63,870 bases of DNA, filler included, from Sandaracinaceae bacterium (GCA_947483975.1; 4 parts of 4 records of this genome joined end to end with filler, not necessarily neighbours in it), one strand, 5' to 3'. Shown: positions 8,877 to 19,048, numbered from the whole stretch's first letter. Notes: generated by a model not told the origin, from the letters alone. A program made the numbers and translations.

Positions 8877-11800
8877 ATGACTGCGACTACGGATCTCCTC
8901 CGCGGTGAGTTGGAGAAGCACTTCGATCTCGACGGCTTGAAGCGACTGAGCACGGACCTGCTCGGCTTCGACCCGGAGTCGGTCGGGAGCACCTCGGGCA
9001 AGGGCGCCTTCGCGCGCGCGCTCGTCGACCATTGCGCGAAGGAGGACGCGCTCGAGGCGCTCGTCGATGCGCTGCTCTACTCGGCGCAGGGCGTCGATGT
9101 GCGCGTGCAGCAGGTGTACGCGGGCACGCTCGACGAGGACCTCGCGCCGGGCTCGACGCTCGGCGGCTTCCGCGTCGTGAAGAAGCTCGGCGAGGGCGGG
9201 CTCGGCGTCGTCTACTTCGGCGAGCGCAAGGACGGCGACGAGACCGTGCGCGCCGCGCTCAAGGTCGTGCGCGGGCAATACGCGCGAGATCGCGCGGCGG
9301 TGCAGCGCTTTCTCACCGTGTCGCGCGTCCTGCGGAGCGTGAAGTGCGGGACGCTCGCGCCGGTGCTCGGCGTCGGGCAGCTCCCCGATGGGCGCCCGTG
9401 GGTGGCGACTCAGTACGTCGAGGGGCAGACGCTCTCGGCGCGTATCGGGCGCGTCGGTCCGATGCACTTCAACGAGGCGCGCCCCGTGCTGCGCGGGGTG
9501 CTCGACGCGCTCGACGCGCTCCACGCGCGCGGGCTCGTGCACGGCGACGTGAAGGCAGAGAACGTCTTCGTCGTGCGCCCGACCTCGGCGGACGGCCTGC
9601 GCACCGAGCTCAGCGGCGTGCTGATGGACGGCGGCACCGATCGCCTCCTCGCGCGCACGCACGCGGTCGCCGACAAGACGGGCGTGCTGCCGCTCTTCGG
9701 CACCGCGAAGGCGATGTCGCCCGAGCAGGCGCACGGCGCGACGCTCGACGCGCGCACCGACGTCTACGCGTTCGGCGTGCTGCTCTTCGAGGTGCTCTCC
9801 GGCAAGACGCCGTTCACCGGCAAGAGCGCGATCGACCTCGTGCTCAAGCACGTCGCCGACGCGCCGCCCGCGCCGAGCACCGCCGCGCCGCGCGGCTGGG
9901 TGACCAGGGAGCTCGACGAGATCGTGCTGCGCGCGCTCGCGAAGGACCCCGCCGAGCGCTACCCGTCGGCCGTCGCGATCCGTGAGGCGATGGACGCGCT
10001 CGCGCGGCAGTCGATGCGTCCGCCGGCAGAGAAGACGAACTTCGACGTCCGGGAGTTCGACGCGGCCAAGGAGCTGCTCTTGCTCGAGCCGGGCAACGAA
10101 GAGCTCGCGGTCGCGCTCGAGCGCATCGCCGGGCCGGCGCACGAGTGGGAGCGCGCGCTCGCCGTGCTCGACGAGGCAGCGACCAAGACGGAGGACGCCG
10201 AGGCGAAGAAGGCGCTGCTCTTCCGCGTCGCGCGCATCGAGGAGCATGAGCGCAAGGACAACGCCCGCGCCGAGGCCGCGTACCTGCGCATCCTCGAGGT
10301 CGACGAGTCCGACGAGATCGCGCAGATCGGCGTCGAAGAGCTGCGCCGGCACAGCGGCAACATCGAGGGGCTCGTCGAGCTGCTGCTCGAGAAGGTCGGC
10401 CGCGCAGAGGAGGGCCGCGAGCGCGCGAGCGTGCTGCACGAGATCGCCTCGCTCTACGAGGAGAAGCTCGCCCAGCCGGACAACGCCTTCGTCGCCTGGG
10501 TGCAGGCGCTCGCCGAGGATCCGGCGGACGACAAGACGGTGCGCGAGATCGAGCGCCTCGCCGGCTCGAACCCGGAGCGCTGGAACGACGCGATGACGAC
10601 GCTCAGCGAGTCCGTGCAGGAGGCCGGCGACCCGGCGGTCACGACGCGCCTCTACACGCTGATGGGCGGCTGGTACGCCGAGAAGCTGCAGCGCCCGGAC
10701 TTCGCGCTCCCCTGCTACTCGCAGGCGCTCGGCCTCGACCCGGCCAACGAGGCTGCGCTCGACGGCACGATCACGCTCTATCGCAAGGCGCAGGCGTGGC
10801 CGGATCTCGTCACCATCTTGCTTCGCCGCGCGGACGCCGCGTCGAGCCCGGCCAAGGCGCGCGACACGCGCGTCGAGGCGGCCGAGGTCATCGGCGGCAA
10901 GCTCAACGACGCGAGCCGCGCGACCGAGATCTACAAGCTCGTCCTCGCCGAGGACCCCGTGCACCCGAAGGCGAGCGCGGCGCTCGAGGACCTCTTCGCG
11001 CGCGGGCAAAACTGGGCTGAGCTCGTCGCGCTGCTCGACGGCAAGGCCAAGAATCAGCGCGGTGAAGAGAAGGTCGAGACCCTCTGTCACCTCGCGGAGC
11101 TCTACGACGATCGGCTCACGGACGCGGGCAAGGCGCAGCTCCGCTTCGAGGAGGCGCTCGCCGTCGAGCCGCGGCATCTCGGCGCGCTCAAGGGGCTCGA
11201 GCGCCTCTACGCGCGCGTCGGCAAGTACCAGGAGCTGATGCTCAACCTGCGCACGCAGATCGAGCTCGCGGCGACCCCGCGGCAGCGCATCGCGCTGCTC
11301 GAGCGCATCGGCGGCATGCAGGAAGAGGAGTTCGTCGACCACGAGAAGGCGGCGGCGACGTTCGAGGAGGTCATCGCGATCGACCCCGGGCACGACGCCT
11401 CCAACGCCGCGCTCGCGCGCCTCTATCGGCAGCTGCACCGCTTCGATGATCTCGCGCTCACGCTCGACCGGCACGCCAAGGGCACGGAAGACGACAAGCG
11501 CAAGGTCGACCTGCTGATGCAGGCGGTCAAGGTGCTGATGGTCGACGTCGGCGCGCCGGACCGCGCCCTCTCGACCTGCGAGCGCATCCTCGCGCTCGAT
11601 CCGGAGCACGCGCAGACGCTCGAGCTCGTCTCGCGGCTGCACGCGCAGACGGGCGACGCTTCGGCGGCGCTCGCGTCCGTGAAGAAGCTCGCTGAGACCG
11701 AGCGCGACCCGCAGAAGAAGGCGGAGCTCTACCTCCGCGCGGGCAAGCTGCTCGAGGACAGCGGCGACAAGGACCGCGCGATCGCCAAGTACAAGCTCGC

Positions 11801-14213
11801 GCTCGACGCCGACTCGAGGTCGCTCGCGGCCTTCGGCGCGCTCCGCGCGATCTATGCCGATCGAGGCGACGCGCACGGCGCCGCGGACCTGCTCGAGCGG
11901 GAGATCTCCGCGACGGACGGCCCGATCGCGAAGGCGAAGCTCTGGGCTGAGCTCGGCGTGATGGCGCGCGAGCGCCTGACCGACCGCGGCAAGGCGCGCG
12001 AGGCGTTCACCAAGTCGCTCGAGCTCGACCCGACCTCGACGCCCGCGTCGCGTGGGCTCGGCGAGATGGCCTTCGCCGACCAGAACTTCGCGGCGACGAC
12101 CAAGTACCTCGAGCCGCTCCTCGCGCGCACGAGCGAGATGGACCCGAAGTCCGCGCGTGACCTCAGCGTCATGTGCGGCGACGCCTTCCGCAAGCAGTCG
12201 ATCTTCGACAAGGCGCAGCGCGCGTACCTCAACGCGAAGGCGTTCGCCTCGTCCGATCGCGAGGTGCTCGAGCGCGTCGCGGACGTCACCTTCGAGTCGG
12301 GCGCAGCCGACGAAGCCGCCGAGCTTTACCGCGACATCCTCGAGCGCTTCGGCGCCGATCTCAGCGGCGGCGACAAGGGGCGCACGCACTACCGCATCGG
12401 CGAGGCGGCGCGCCGCTCCGACGATCTCGACGGCGCCGCGAAGGCGCTCACCGAGGCGGCGGACCTCTTGCCGGGCGACCCGCAGCCGCTCGAGGCGCTC
12501 GCGAAGGTCTACGAGGCGCAGTCCAAGTGGGACAACCTCGTCGCGACGCTGCGGCGCCGCCTCGAGCACGCCGGCGACGAAGAGCGCTATCAGCTGCTCG
12601 TGCGCATCGGCGACATCCTGCTCGAGAAGCAGGCTGACAAGGCCAAGGCGCAGAAGAGCTACGTCGCCGCGCTCGAGCTGCGCGCCGACGACCGCAACCT
12701 CCTGACGAAGCTGATGGCGATCTACTCCGAGTCGAAGGACTGGGGGCGGCTCGTCGAGGTCGTGCTGCGCATCGCGGAGCTCGTCACCGACAAGCGTCAG
12801 CTCGCCAAGTACTACTCGACCGCCGCGGCCATCTCGGCGAGCGAGCTCAAGCGCCACGAAGAGGCGGCCGACTACTACGAGCAGGCGATCGAGAACGACA
12901 AGAGCGCGCCGCGCGCGTTCGAGGGGCTCGTCAGCTGCGTCACCGAGCTCAAGGACTGGAACCGCCTCGAGGAGGTGTACCGCAGCCAGCTGCGGCGCCT
13001 CGAGGACGGCGGCAGCGCCGAGCAGAAGGCGGCCGTCTGGGACGCGCTCGCCGAGATCCTGCACCACCGCCTCGACCGCATGTCGCAGGCCGTCGAGGCC
13101 TACGAGGAGGCGCAGAAGCTCGATCCCGAGAATCGCCGCCGCGCCGAGACGCTCACGGAGATCTACGCCGCGGATCCGAAGCGCTTCTACGCGAAGGCCG
13201 TGCAGCAGCACTCGGCGCTCCTCGAGAAGTCGCCGTACCGCATCGAGAGCTACCAAGCGCTCCGCAAGCTCTACACCGAGGTGAAGAAGGCGGACGAGTC
13301 GTGGTGCGTCTGTCAGGCGCTCCGCGCGCTGAAGCAGGCGGAGCCCGACGAGGAGAGCTTCTTCAAGAAGCACCGCTCGCGTCAGCCCGCCGTCGCGCAG
13401 GAGCGCTTCGACGACGAGCTCTGGCTGAAGCACGTCGTGCACGCGGATCAGGACGCGCTGCTCACGGGCATCTTCGCCACGATCTCGCCGGCGGCCGTCG
13501 CCTCGCGCTCGCAGCCGCTGCCGAGCTTCGGCGTCGACCCGGGCAAGAAGCGCAACCCCGCCCAGGACTCGGCCGTGATGGCGCAGATGCTCCACTACGC
13601 GTCCGGCGTCATCGACGTCGGCCTGCCCGACGTCTACTACCGCGAGCAGGACCCGGGCGGGCTCTCGTTCTTGTTCGCGCAGCCGCCGTCGATCGGGCTC
13701 GGCAAGGGCGCGCTCGCCGGCGGACCGCAGCAGGCGCTCGCGTTCGTCGCGGGTCGGCACCTCAGCTACTTCCGCGGCGGACACTATCTGCGGCACCTCG
13801 TCCCGACGGGCGGCGGGCTGCGCGCGTGGCTGCTCGCCGCGATCAAGACCGCGACGCCGCAGTTCCCGATCCCGCCGGACCTCTCGGCGCAGGTCGCCGA
13901 GCACCTCGCCGCGTTCAAGCAGCACCTGACGCCGCCGCAGCAGGAGCACCTGCGCAGCCTCGTCGTGAAGCTCCTCGCCGCGGCGCCTGAGCTCAACCTC
14001 AAGCGCTGGGTGGCGGCGGTCGACCTCACCGCGGACCGCGTCGGCTTCATCCTCGCGAACGACCTCGAGCTCGCGCTCGCGGTCATTCAGGCGAGCCCCG
14101 AGGACAGCGCGGCGATGGCGCAAAAGGACCGCATGAAGGAGCTTTACCTCTACGCGGTCAGCGAGCCGTACCTCGCGCTGCGGTACAAGCTCGGCATCAA
14201 CATCGGCGAATAG
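8877..14213 (+). CDS. Ser/Thr kinase fused to a long TPR array (AgmK-like myxobacterial protein, 1778 aa)
   Basis: LGEGGLGVVY, AALK, VHGDVKAENV, MSPEQ, DVYAFG; about 1100 aa of TPR-like repeats; myxobacterial-type C-terminus ADRVGFILANDL...SEPYLALRYKLG. Confidence 0.88.
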   Translation: MTATTDLLRGELEKHFDLDGLKRLSTDLLGFDPESVGSTSGKGAFARALVDHCAKEDALEALVDALLYSAQGVDVRVQQVYAGTLDEDLAPGSTLGGFRVVKKLGEGGLGVVYFGERKDGDETVRAALKVVRGQYARDRAAVQRFLTVSRVLRSVKCGTLAPVLGVGQLPDGRPWVATQYVEGQTLSARIGRVGPMHFNEARPVLRGVLDALDALHARGLVHGDVKAENVFVVRPTSADGLRTELSGVLMDGGTDRLLARTHAVADKTGVLPLFGTAKAMSPEQAHGATLDARTDVYAFGVLLFEVLSGKTPFTGKSAIDLVLKHVADAPPAPSTAAPRGWVTRELDEIVLRALAKDPAERYPSAVAIREAMDALARQSMRPPAEKTNFDVREFDAAKELLLLEPGNEELAVALERIAGPAHEWERALAVLDEAATKTEDAEAKKALLFRVARIEEHERKDNARAEAAYLRILEVDESDEIAQIGVEELRRHSGNIEGLVELLLEKVGRAEEGRERASVLHEIASLYEEKLAQPDNAFVAWVQALAEDPADDKTVREIERLAGSNPERWNDAMTTLSESVQEAGDPAVTTRLYTLMGGWYAEKLQRPDFALPCYSQALGLDPANEAALDGTITLYRKAQAWPDLVTILLRRADAASSPAKARDTRVEAAEVIGGKLNDASRATEIYKLVLAEDPVHPKASAALEDLFARGQNWAELVALLDGKAKNQRGEEKVETLCHLAELYDDRLTDAGKAQLRFEEALAVEPRHLGALKGLERLYARVGKYQELMLNLRTQIELAATPRQRIALLERIGGMQEEEFVDHEKAAATFEEVIAIDPGHDASNAALARLYRQLHRFDDLALTLDRHAKGTEDDKRKVDLLMQAVKVLMVDVGAPDRALSTCERILALDPEHAQTLELVSRLHAQTGDASAALASVKKLAETERDPQKKAELYLRAGKLLEDSGDKDRAIAKYKLALDADSRSLAAFGALRAIYADRGDAHGAADLLEREISATDGPIAKAKLWAELGVMARERLTDRGKAREAFTKSLELDPTSTPASRGLGEMAFADQNFAATTKYLEPLLARTSEMDPKSARDLSVMCGDAFRKQSIFDKAQRAYLNAKAFASSDREVLERVADVTFESGAADEAAELYRDILERFGADLSGGDKGRTHYRIGEAARRSDDLDGAAKALTEAADLLPGDPQPLEALAKVYEAQSKWDNLVATLRRRLEHAGDEERYQLLVRIGDILLEKQADKAKAQKSYVAALELRADDRNLLTKLMAIYSESKDWGRLVEVVLRIAELVTDKRQLAKYYSTAAAISASELKRHEEAADYYEQAIENDKSAPRAFEGLVSCVTELKDWNRLEEVYRSQLRRLEDGGSAEQKAAVWDALAEILHHRLDRMSQAVEAYEEAQKLDPENRRRAETLTEIYAADPKRFYAKAVQQHSALLEKSPYRIESYQALRKLYTEVKKADESWCVCQALRALKQAEPDEESFFKKHRSRQPAVAQERFDDELWLKHVVHADQDALLTGIFATISPAAVASRSQPLPSFGVDPGKKRNPAQDSAVMAQMLHYASGVIDVGLPDVYYREQDPGGLSFLFAQPPSIGLGKGALAGGPQQALAFVAGRHLSYFRGGHYLRHLVPTGGGLRAWLLAAIKTATPQFPIPPDLSAQVAEHLAAFKQHLTPPQQEHLRSLVVKLLAAAPELNLKRWVAAVDLTADRVGFILANDLELALAVIQASPEDSAAMAQKDRMKELYLYAVSEPYLALRYKLGINIGE

Positions 14214-14231
14214 CCGAGCCTCGCGGACGAG

Positions 14232-15017
14232 ATGAGCGCCGACGACGCCCTGGTACTGCACCCGATCGGCGTCGTGCGCTCACCGTTCAGCGACCGCGTG
14301 AGCGCGCCGCGTCAGCCCTATGTTGCGGCTGACGCGGTCGGCACGATCGAGCTTCACGCGGGGCGCGACTTCGAGGACGCGCTCGCGGACATCGAGCGCT
14401 GGTCGCACGTCTGGGTGCTCTACTGGTTTCACCTCAACGAGGGCTGGCGACCGAAGGTCCTGCCGCCGCGCTCGAACGAGAAGCGTGGGGTGTTCGCGAC
14501 GCGCTCGCCGCACCGCCCGAACCCGATCGGGCTCTCGCCGATGAGGCTGCTGCGCGTCGAGGGGCGCGTGCTGCACGTCAGCGGGGTGGACGTCGTCGAC
14601 GGGACCCCCGTGCTCGATCTCAAGCCGTATGTGCCGTTCGCGGACATCGTGCCGGACGCGTCGACGGGCTGGATCGGCAACGACCCGGACCCCGCGTACG
14701 AGGTGCGCTGGGAGCCGCTCGCGCAGCAACAAACCGCGTGGCTGCGGGACACGCACGCCGTCGTGCTCACGCCGAGCGTCGACAAGCAGCTCGCGCTCGG
14801 TCCGCGCCCGCACGCGTATCGCCGGATTCGCGAGCTCGACGACGGCACGCGCGTGCTCTCGGTGCACGACTGGCGCGTGCAGTTTCGCGTCGAGGAGCGC
14901 ACCGCGATCGTCGAGCGAATCCGCAGCGGCTATCGGCCTTCGCAGCTCTTCGGCGAGGGCGAGCCGGACGCGAAGCTCGTCGCCCATCGCGCGTTTGCGG
15001 CCGTGTTCGGGGTGTAG
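14232..15017 (+). CDS. trmO: tRNA m6t6A37 methyltransferase TrmO (TsaA/YaeB)
   Basis: PIGVVRSPF, APRQP, GVFATRSPHRPNPIGLS, VDGTPVLDLKPY. Confidence 0.92.
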   Translation: MSADDALVLHPIGVVRSPFSDRVSAPRQPYVAADAVGTIELHAGRDFEDALADIERWSHVWVLYWFHLNEGWRPKVLPPRSNEKRGVFATRSPHRPNPIGLSPMRLLRVEGRVLHVSGVDVVDGTPVLDLKPYVPFADIVPDASTGWIGNDPDPAYEVRWEPLAQQQTAWLRDTHAVVLTPSVDKQLALGPRPHAYRRIRELDDGTRVLSVHDWRVQFRVEERTAIVERIRSGYRPSQLFGEGEPDAKLVAHRAFAAVFGV

Positions 15018-15125
15018 GCGGGGCGGGGTTCCGCGCGACTTCGCATCGGACGGGCGCGCACGAGCGCGCGCATTTGCTGTCCATCGACCGGTGCATACGT
15101 CCACGAGCAGGCGGGGGGTGTAGCC

Positions 15126-16532
15126 ATGACCAGCAAGGCGAGGCCGAGCTGCGCGTTGGGTGTCGTCTGCTCGGTCGCGCTCGCGGCGTGCGGTTCGACC
15201 GCCGCGCCCGACGCGTCGCCGCTCGACGCGAGGGTCCTCGAGGACGCGGGTCGGCCCGACGCGCACGGCCTCCGCGACGCGGGTCGGGACGCCTCCGTGG
15301 GCTGCCCGGATGGGAACGACACGCGGCAGACCGCGACCGAGCTGCCCTTCGGGCGCGGCTTCTCCGCGCGCGGCGCGATCGGCTGTCCGCACGACGTCGA
15401 CTACTTCGCGTTCGACGGCGCGGCCGGCGCGCTGCTTCGCCTCACGCTCGTTCCCGAGAGCGTCGAGCTGAACCTCGTGCTCACGCTCTTCGACTCGCAC
15501 GGCGTCCAGCTCGCCGAGAACGACGACGGGCTCACGGGGACGGGGCCCGTCGCCTCCGCCTCTGCGATCATCACGCGCCTCCCGGCCGATGGGCGGTATT
15601 TTCTCGCGGTCGATTCCTGGGCTCACTGGAGCGGAATGGCCGAGTCGACCGGCACGCTGGACGATGGCTATCTCCTCTATGGCGTGCCGCTCGACGACGA
15701 CGGCTTTGCGGTCGTCGACCGCGAGACGGGGGATGACGCCGCGAGCGCGACCCCGCTCCCGGATCTTTGGTACGGCGACCTGGCCTGGGTCGCCGGGACG
15801 TTCGACGACGCGACCGACGTCGATGTGTTCTCGGTCCGCATGGTGGACACAGGCAAGCTCGCGGTCTCGGTGCACGACTCCGGTCCATGCGCGAGCGGCT
15901 CGACCGTCCGCCCGGCCCATGTGTGGCTGACGGACGCGACTGGCACGGAGGTCATCGCGCGCACGGACACCTCGGCGGAGTTGATCGTTCCATCGCGCCT
16001 GATGCCGGGGCTCGACGCGGGCGACTACCTGCTCTGGCTCGATCGCTCGAGCGAGCAGCCGGGCGGCAACGACTTCTACGCGCTCTCGGTCAGCTGGGTG
16101 CCCGAGAACGAGCGTGAGGTGGACGACGCTGGAAACGGCACGGTCGAGGGCGCGGAGTCCCTGCGATTCTGGTCGCACTCCCTCGGGCGGGTCGCCTACA
16201 CCTACGGAGTCCTCGAGCCTGGGGATGTCGACTACTACGCCTTCAGCCTCGGAGTCGGCGAGTCACTCTACGGGATCGAGTGCGACGCGACCTTCGACGG
16301 CTCAGGCCTGCGCTGGCTCCAAGCGGAGCTGCACGACGCGCGGGATTCGGTGCTCGCGAGCGAGGCGGAGAGCGACGCGGCGCCGCTGCCGGTCCTGCTC
16401 GACGCGACGGACTTCGGCGCGACCGTCTTCGGCGCGGGGGACTACTACCTGCGCCTGAGCGCGACCGGGCAAGACCCCGTCGTCACCAGCAACTTCGTGC
16501 GTTGCGGCGTGCTCGTGCTCGGCGCGCCGTGA
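15126..16532 (+). CDS. Lipoprotein with PPC (pre-peptidase C-terminal)-like repeats
   Basis: Lipobox ALAAC; repeated DVDYFAF/DVDVFSV/DVDYYAF, LAENDD, GDYYLRL. Confidence 0.75.
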   Translation: MTSKARPSCALGVVCSVALAACGSTAAPDASPLDARVLEDAGRPDAHGLRDAGRDASVGCPDGNDTRQTATELPFGRGFSARGAIGCPHDVDYFAFDGAAGALLRLTLVPESVELNLVLTLFDSHGVQLAENDDGLTGTGPVASASAIITRLPADGRYFLAVDSWAHWSGMAESTGTLDDGYLLYGVPLDDDGFAVVDRETGDDAASATPLPDLWYGDLAWVAGTFDDATDVDVFSVRMVDTGKLAVSVHDSGPCASGSTVRPAHVWLTDATGTEVIARTDTSAELIVPSRLMPGLDAGDYLLWLDRSSEQPGGNDFYALSVSWVPENEREVDDAGNGTVEGAESLRFWSHSLGRVAYTYGVLEPGDVDYYAFSLGVGESLYGIECDATFDGSGLRWLQAELHDARDSVLASEAESDAAPLPVLLDATDFGATVFGAGDYYLRLSATGQDPVVTSNFVRCGVLVLGAP

Positions 16533-16569
16533 GGACGTAAGCCGCTATCGGGCATTTTTCGACAGCTCT

Positions 16570-17169
16570 TCAGCGCATCGTCCACGAGACGTGCGTGCGG
16601 CAGAGGGGCGCGCCCTCGGAGATGCACTGCTCGCGCCTGAGCATCACCTGCTTCGCGCCCATGACCTCGAAGACGGCGGCCATCGTCTCGTTGGTCAGCG
16701 CGCAGAGGAGCGGGTGATGGCCGGGCCAGTCGCGGATGTCGGAGTCCGCCTCGCCGGGCGCGACGATCCGAACCTCTCGGGTGCCGCCACTGTGGAGCAA
16801 GCTCCACACCCGCTGGATGTGGCGCGCGTACAGCTCCGGTGAGCCGAGCTGCGCCAGCATGAAGCGGTAGATTCCGCGCGCGCTCGCCGTGACGCCCGCG
16901 CGCGCCGCCTCGCGGGCGATGCGATGGCGCTCCGTCGAGGGCGCCGCGCCGAGCGTCTCGTCGAGCAGCGCGTGCGCGAGGCGCACGTCGTACCAGGCGC
17001 TCGGGAGCAGATGCGGCACGCCGTCCTCGAGGGAGAACTCGGAGCGCACCTCGGGCGACATCCGCGAGAGCGCGCTCGCGAACGCGCCCTTGCCGAACGA
17101 GTCGGCGTACCACGACAAGACCGGCATCAGCGCCGTGCCCTTGATCCGCGCGTTCGTCGGTGCCCCCAC
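16570..17169 (-). CDS. Myxobacterial TIGR02265/DUF2378-like protein (V4R-like C-terminus)
   Basis: RIKGT N-terminus, LLPSAWYD, C-terminal CISEGAPLCRTHVSW. Confidence 0.6.
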   Translation of the reverse strand: MGAPTNARIKGTALMPVLSWYADSFGKGAFASALSRMSPEVRSEFSLEDGVPHLLPSAWYDVRLAHALLDETLGAAPSTERHRIAREAARAGVTASARGIYRFMLAQLGSPELYARHIQRVWSLLHSGGTREVRIVAPGEADSDIRDWPGHHPLLCALTNETMAAVFEVMGAKQVMLRREQCISEGAPLCRTHVSWTMR

Positions 17170-17322
17170 GCGCCGGAGCGTACTGCGCAGCGAGACCGTT
17201 TGGGTACAAACAATCGCCGGGGTCGACCCGTGAACGACGAGCGGTAGCGACTACCGGCGGCGGCGGGCAGCGGCCGGCGCGCGTCGTGCGTCGCTGCGGT
17301 GGGGCGCCGCCGGTCGGACGAC

Positions 17323-17422
17323 NNNNNNNNNNNNNNNNNNNNNNNNNNNNNNNNNNNNNNNNNNNNTTAATTAATTAANNNNNNNNNNNNNNNNNNNNNN
17401 NNNNNNNNNNNNNNNNNNNNNN
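17323..17422. other. Artificial contig spacer
   Basis: 44 N + TTAATTAATTAA (stops in all six frames) + 44 N. Confidence 0.98.
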
Positions 17423-18188
17423 CAGCGGGAGGCGTTGCAGCGGGCGCCGCAGCGGGGGCTGCGGCCGGTGCGGCGGCGGGCGCGCCGTCGTCGCCGAGTT
17501 CGTCGCCGTTCGCGGCCTCGCGGGTGCTCCCGAGGTGCGGTCGCGTGGCTGCGTCGCGGTCCCAACGATCGACGACCCCGTCGCCGTCGATGTCCGTGCC
17601 CATGCGGACCATGCGGCCCTCTTCGAAGTACTCCCAGCGATCTGGCTGCCAGTGATCGGGGGTGCTCCGCGCGCCCATGTCGCGCTCCGAGCGGATCGGC
17701 TGCCCGCGCTCGTAGAAGATCTTGGTGTCGACCTTCGCGTCGCCGTTCGTGTCCGCCTCGGTGCGCGCGACGCGGCCGTTCTCGAAGAACGCGATCTCGT
17801 CCATCTGACCGTCGAAGTTCCGGTCCGCCTCTTCGCGGAGGGGCCGCCCCTCGTCGTTGTAGTAGCGGACGATGTCCTTCGTGCCGTCGCCGTTGAGGTC
17901 CGCCTCGCGGCAGATCAGCACGAGGCGGATCAGCGGCGCGCGACCGACCTGGAGGAACACCTTCCGAACATCCGGGTGATCGTCGCCCGAGGTGTCGTAC
18001 TCGCTGACCTCACGGTTCGGCGCGGTCGCATCACAGCGCCCCTGGGCGTTGGCGTTCGAGGCGTGATCGCCTGCACCCGCGACCGTACGAGGGCGGCGGG
18101 CAGTGGCGCGATTGGCCTGCTCACCCCCACCGCACGCGCTCAGCGCGGGAACGGAGAGCAACGCCGCGATGACGAGGAAGCGGTTCAC
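17423..18188 (-). CDS. Lipoprotein with DxNxDG beta-hairpin repeats (3' end cut by contig edge)
   Basis: Lipobox ALSAC; repeats ADLNGDGTKD, ADRNFDGQMD, ADTNGDAKVD, TDIDGDGVVD; Ala/Pro-rich tail. Confidence 0.8.
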
Positions 18189-19048
18189 GGGACACCTCCA
18201 TCTGGGGCTGCGCCGGCGCCGACGGCGCTCGCCGGGGCCGCTGCGTCGGCGTCCGCAGCGGGCGCGACTCCAGCGTCCGCCACGGGCGCGGTGGCCGCGG
18301 CGGGCGGCGGTGCGAGCGGTGAACCGTCGCAGCTGATCGGCTCTTCCGGCGGGCCGGAGGAGTCATCGGGCACGTCCTCGTCGCGGTCCGGGCGCGTGTC
18401 GCCGTTCGTGTCGAAGCGCGTCCGGATGAGACGGCCGTTCTGGAAGACCTCCCACTTCTCCGGGTGCCGGTCATTGTCGTCGTCGTACGCGACCTGGGTC
18501 AGCTGACCCTCGGCGTACGTCTCCCAGGTGTCGGGGCGGCCGGTGTGGTGCCGATCGCGCTCGGCGCGCGAGACGTTGCGCCCGTCGCACCACATCCAGG
18601 TATCGATGACGTTATCGAAGTTGGTGTCGAGCTCGCGGGTCGCGAGGTGCCCGCTGTCGAAGAGGCTGATCTGATCGATGCGCCCATCGAAGTCGAAGTC
18701 GTGCTCTTCACGGAGGACGGTCGTGCCGTCTGGCGCGAAGAAGCGGTTGATGTCGACCCGCCCATCGAAGTTCATGTCGATCAGCGCACAGCGCTCTCGA
18801 CCGCTCTCGAAGACGTGACGGATGTCCGGGACGCCGTCGTTGTTGACGTCCACCTCGGTCACCTGGCGACCGGCCGGATCGCACTGCTCCCGCACGGCCG
18901 CGTTCCCGTGCGAGCCCTCAGGCGTAGTGCCGCCGCCAGCCGTGGCTTGGTCGCCACCGCCGCAGGCGCCGATAACCGCTCCGAGAGACCCAGTGAGAAG
19001 ACCGCACAGCATGAACCGCAAGACGAGCGACGTGCCCTTCGACTTCAT
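18185..19048 (-). CDS. Paralogous lipoprotein with DxNxDG repeats
   Basis: Signal ...AVIGAC; VDVNNDGVPD, IDMNFDGRVD, HDFDFDGRID, LDTNFDNVID, FDTNGDTRPD; GTGA overlap with the downstream paralog. Confidence 0.8.
   Translation of the reverse strand: MKSKGTSLVLRFMLCGLLTGSLGAVIGACGGGDQATAGGGTTPEGSHGNAAVREQCDPAGRQVTEVDVNNDGVPDIRHVFESGRERCALIDMNFDGRVDINRFFAPDGTTVLREEHDFDFDGRIDQISLFDSGHLATRELDTNFDNVIDTWMWCDGRNVSRAERDRHHTGRPDTWETYAEGQLTQVAYDDDNDRHPEKWEVFQNGRLIRTRFDTNGDTRPDRDEDVPDDSSGPPEEPISCDGSPLAPPPAAATAPVADAGVAPAADADAAAPASAVGAGAAPDGGVP

Noticed and set aside
17367..17378. TTAATTAATTAA AT-rich palindrome (also at 34716 and 51992)
   Set aside because: Synthetic six-frame-stop linker, not biological
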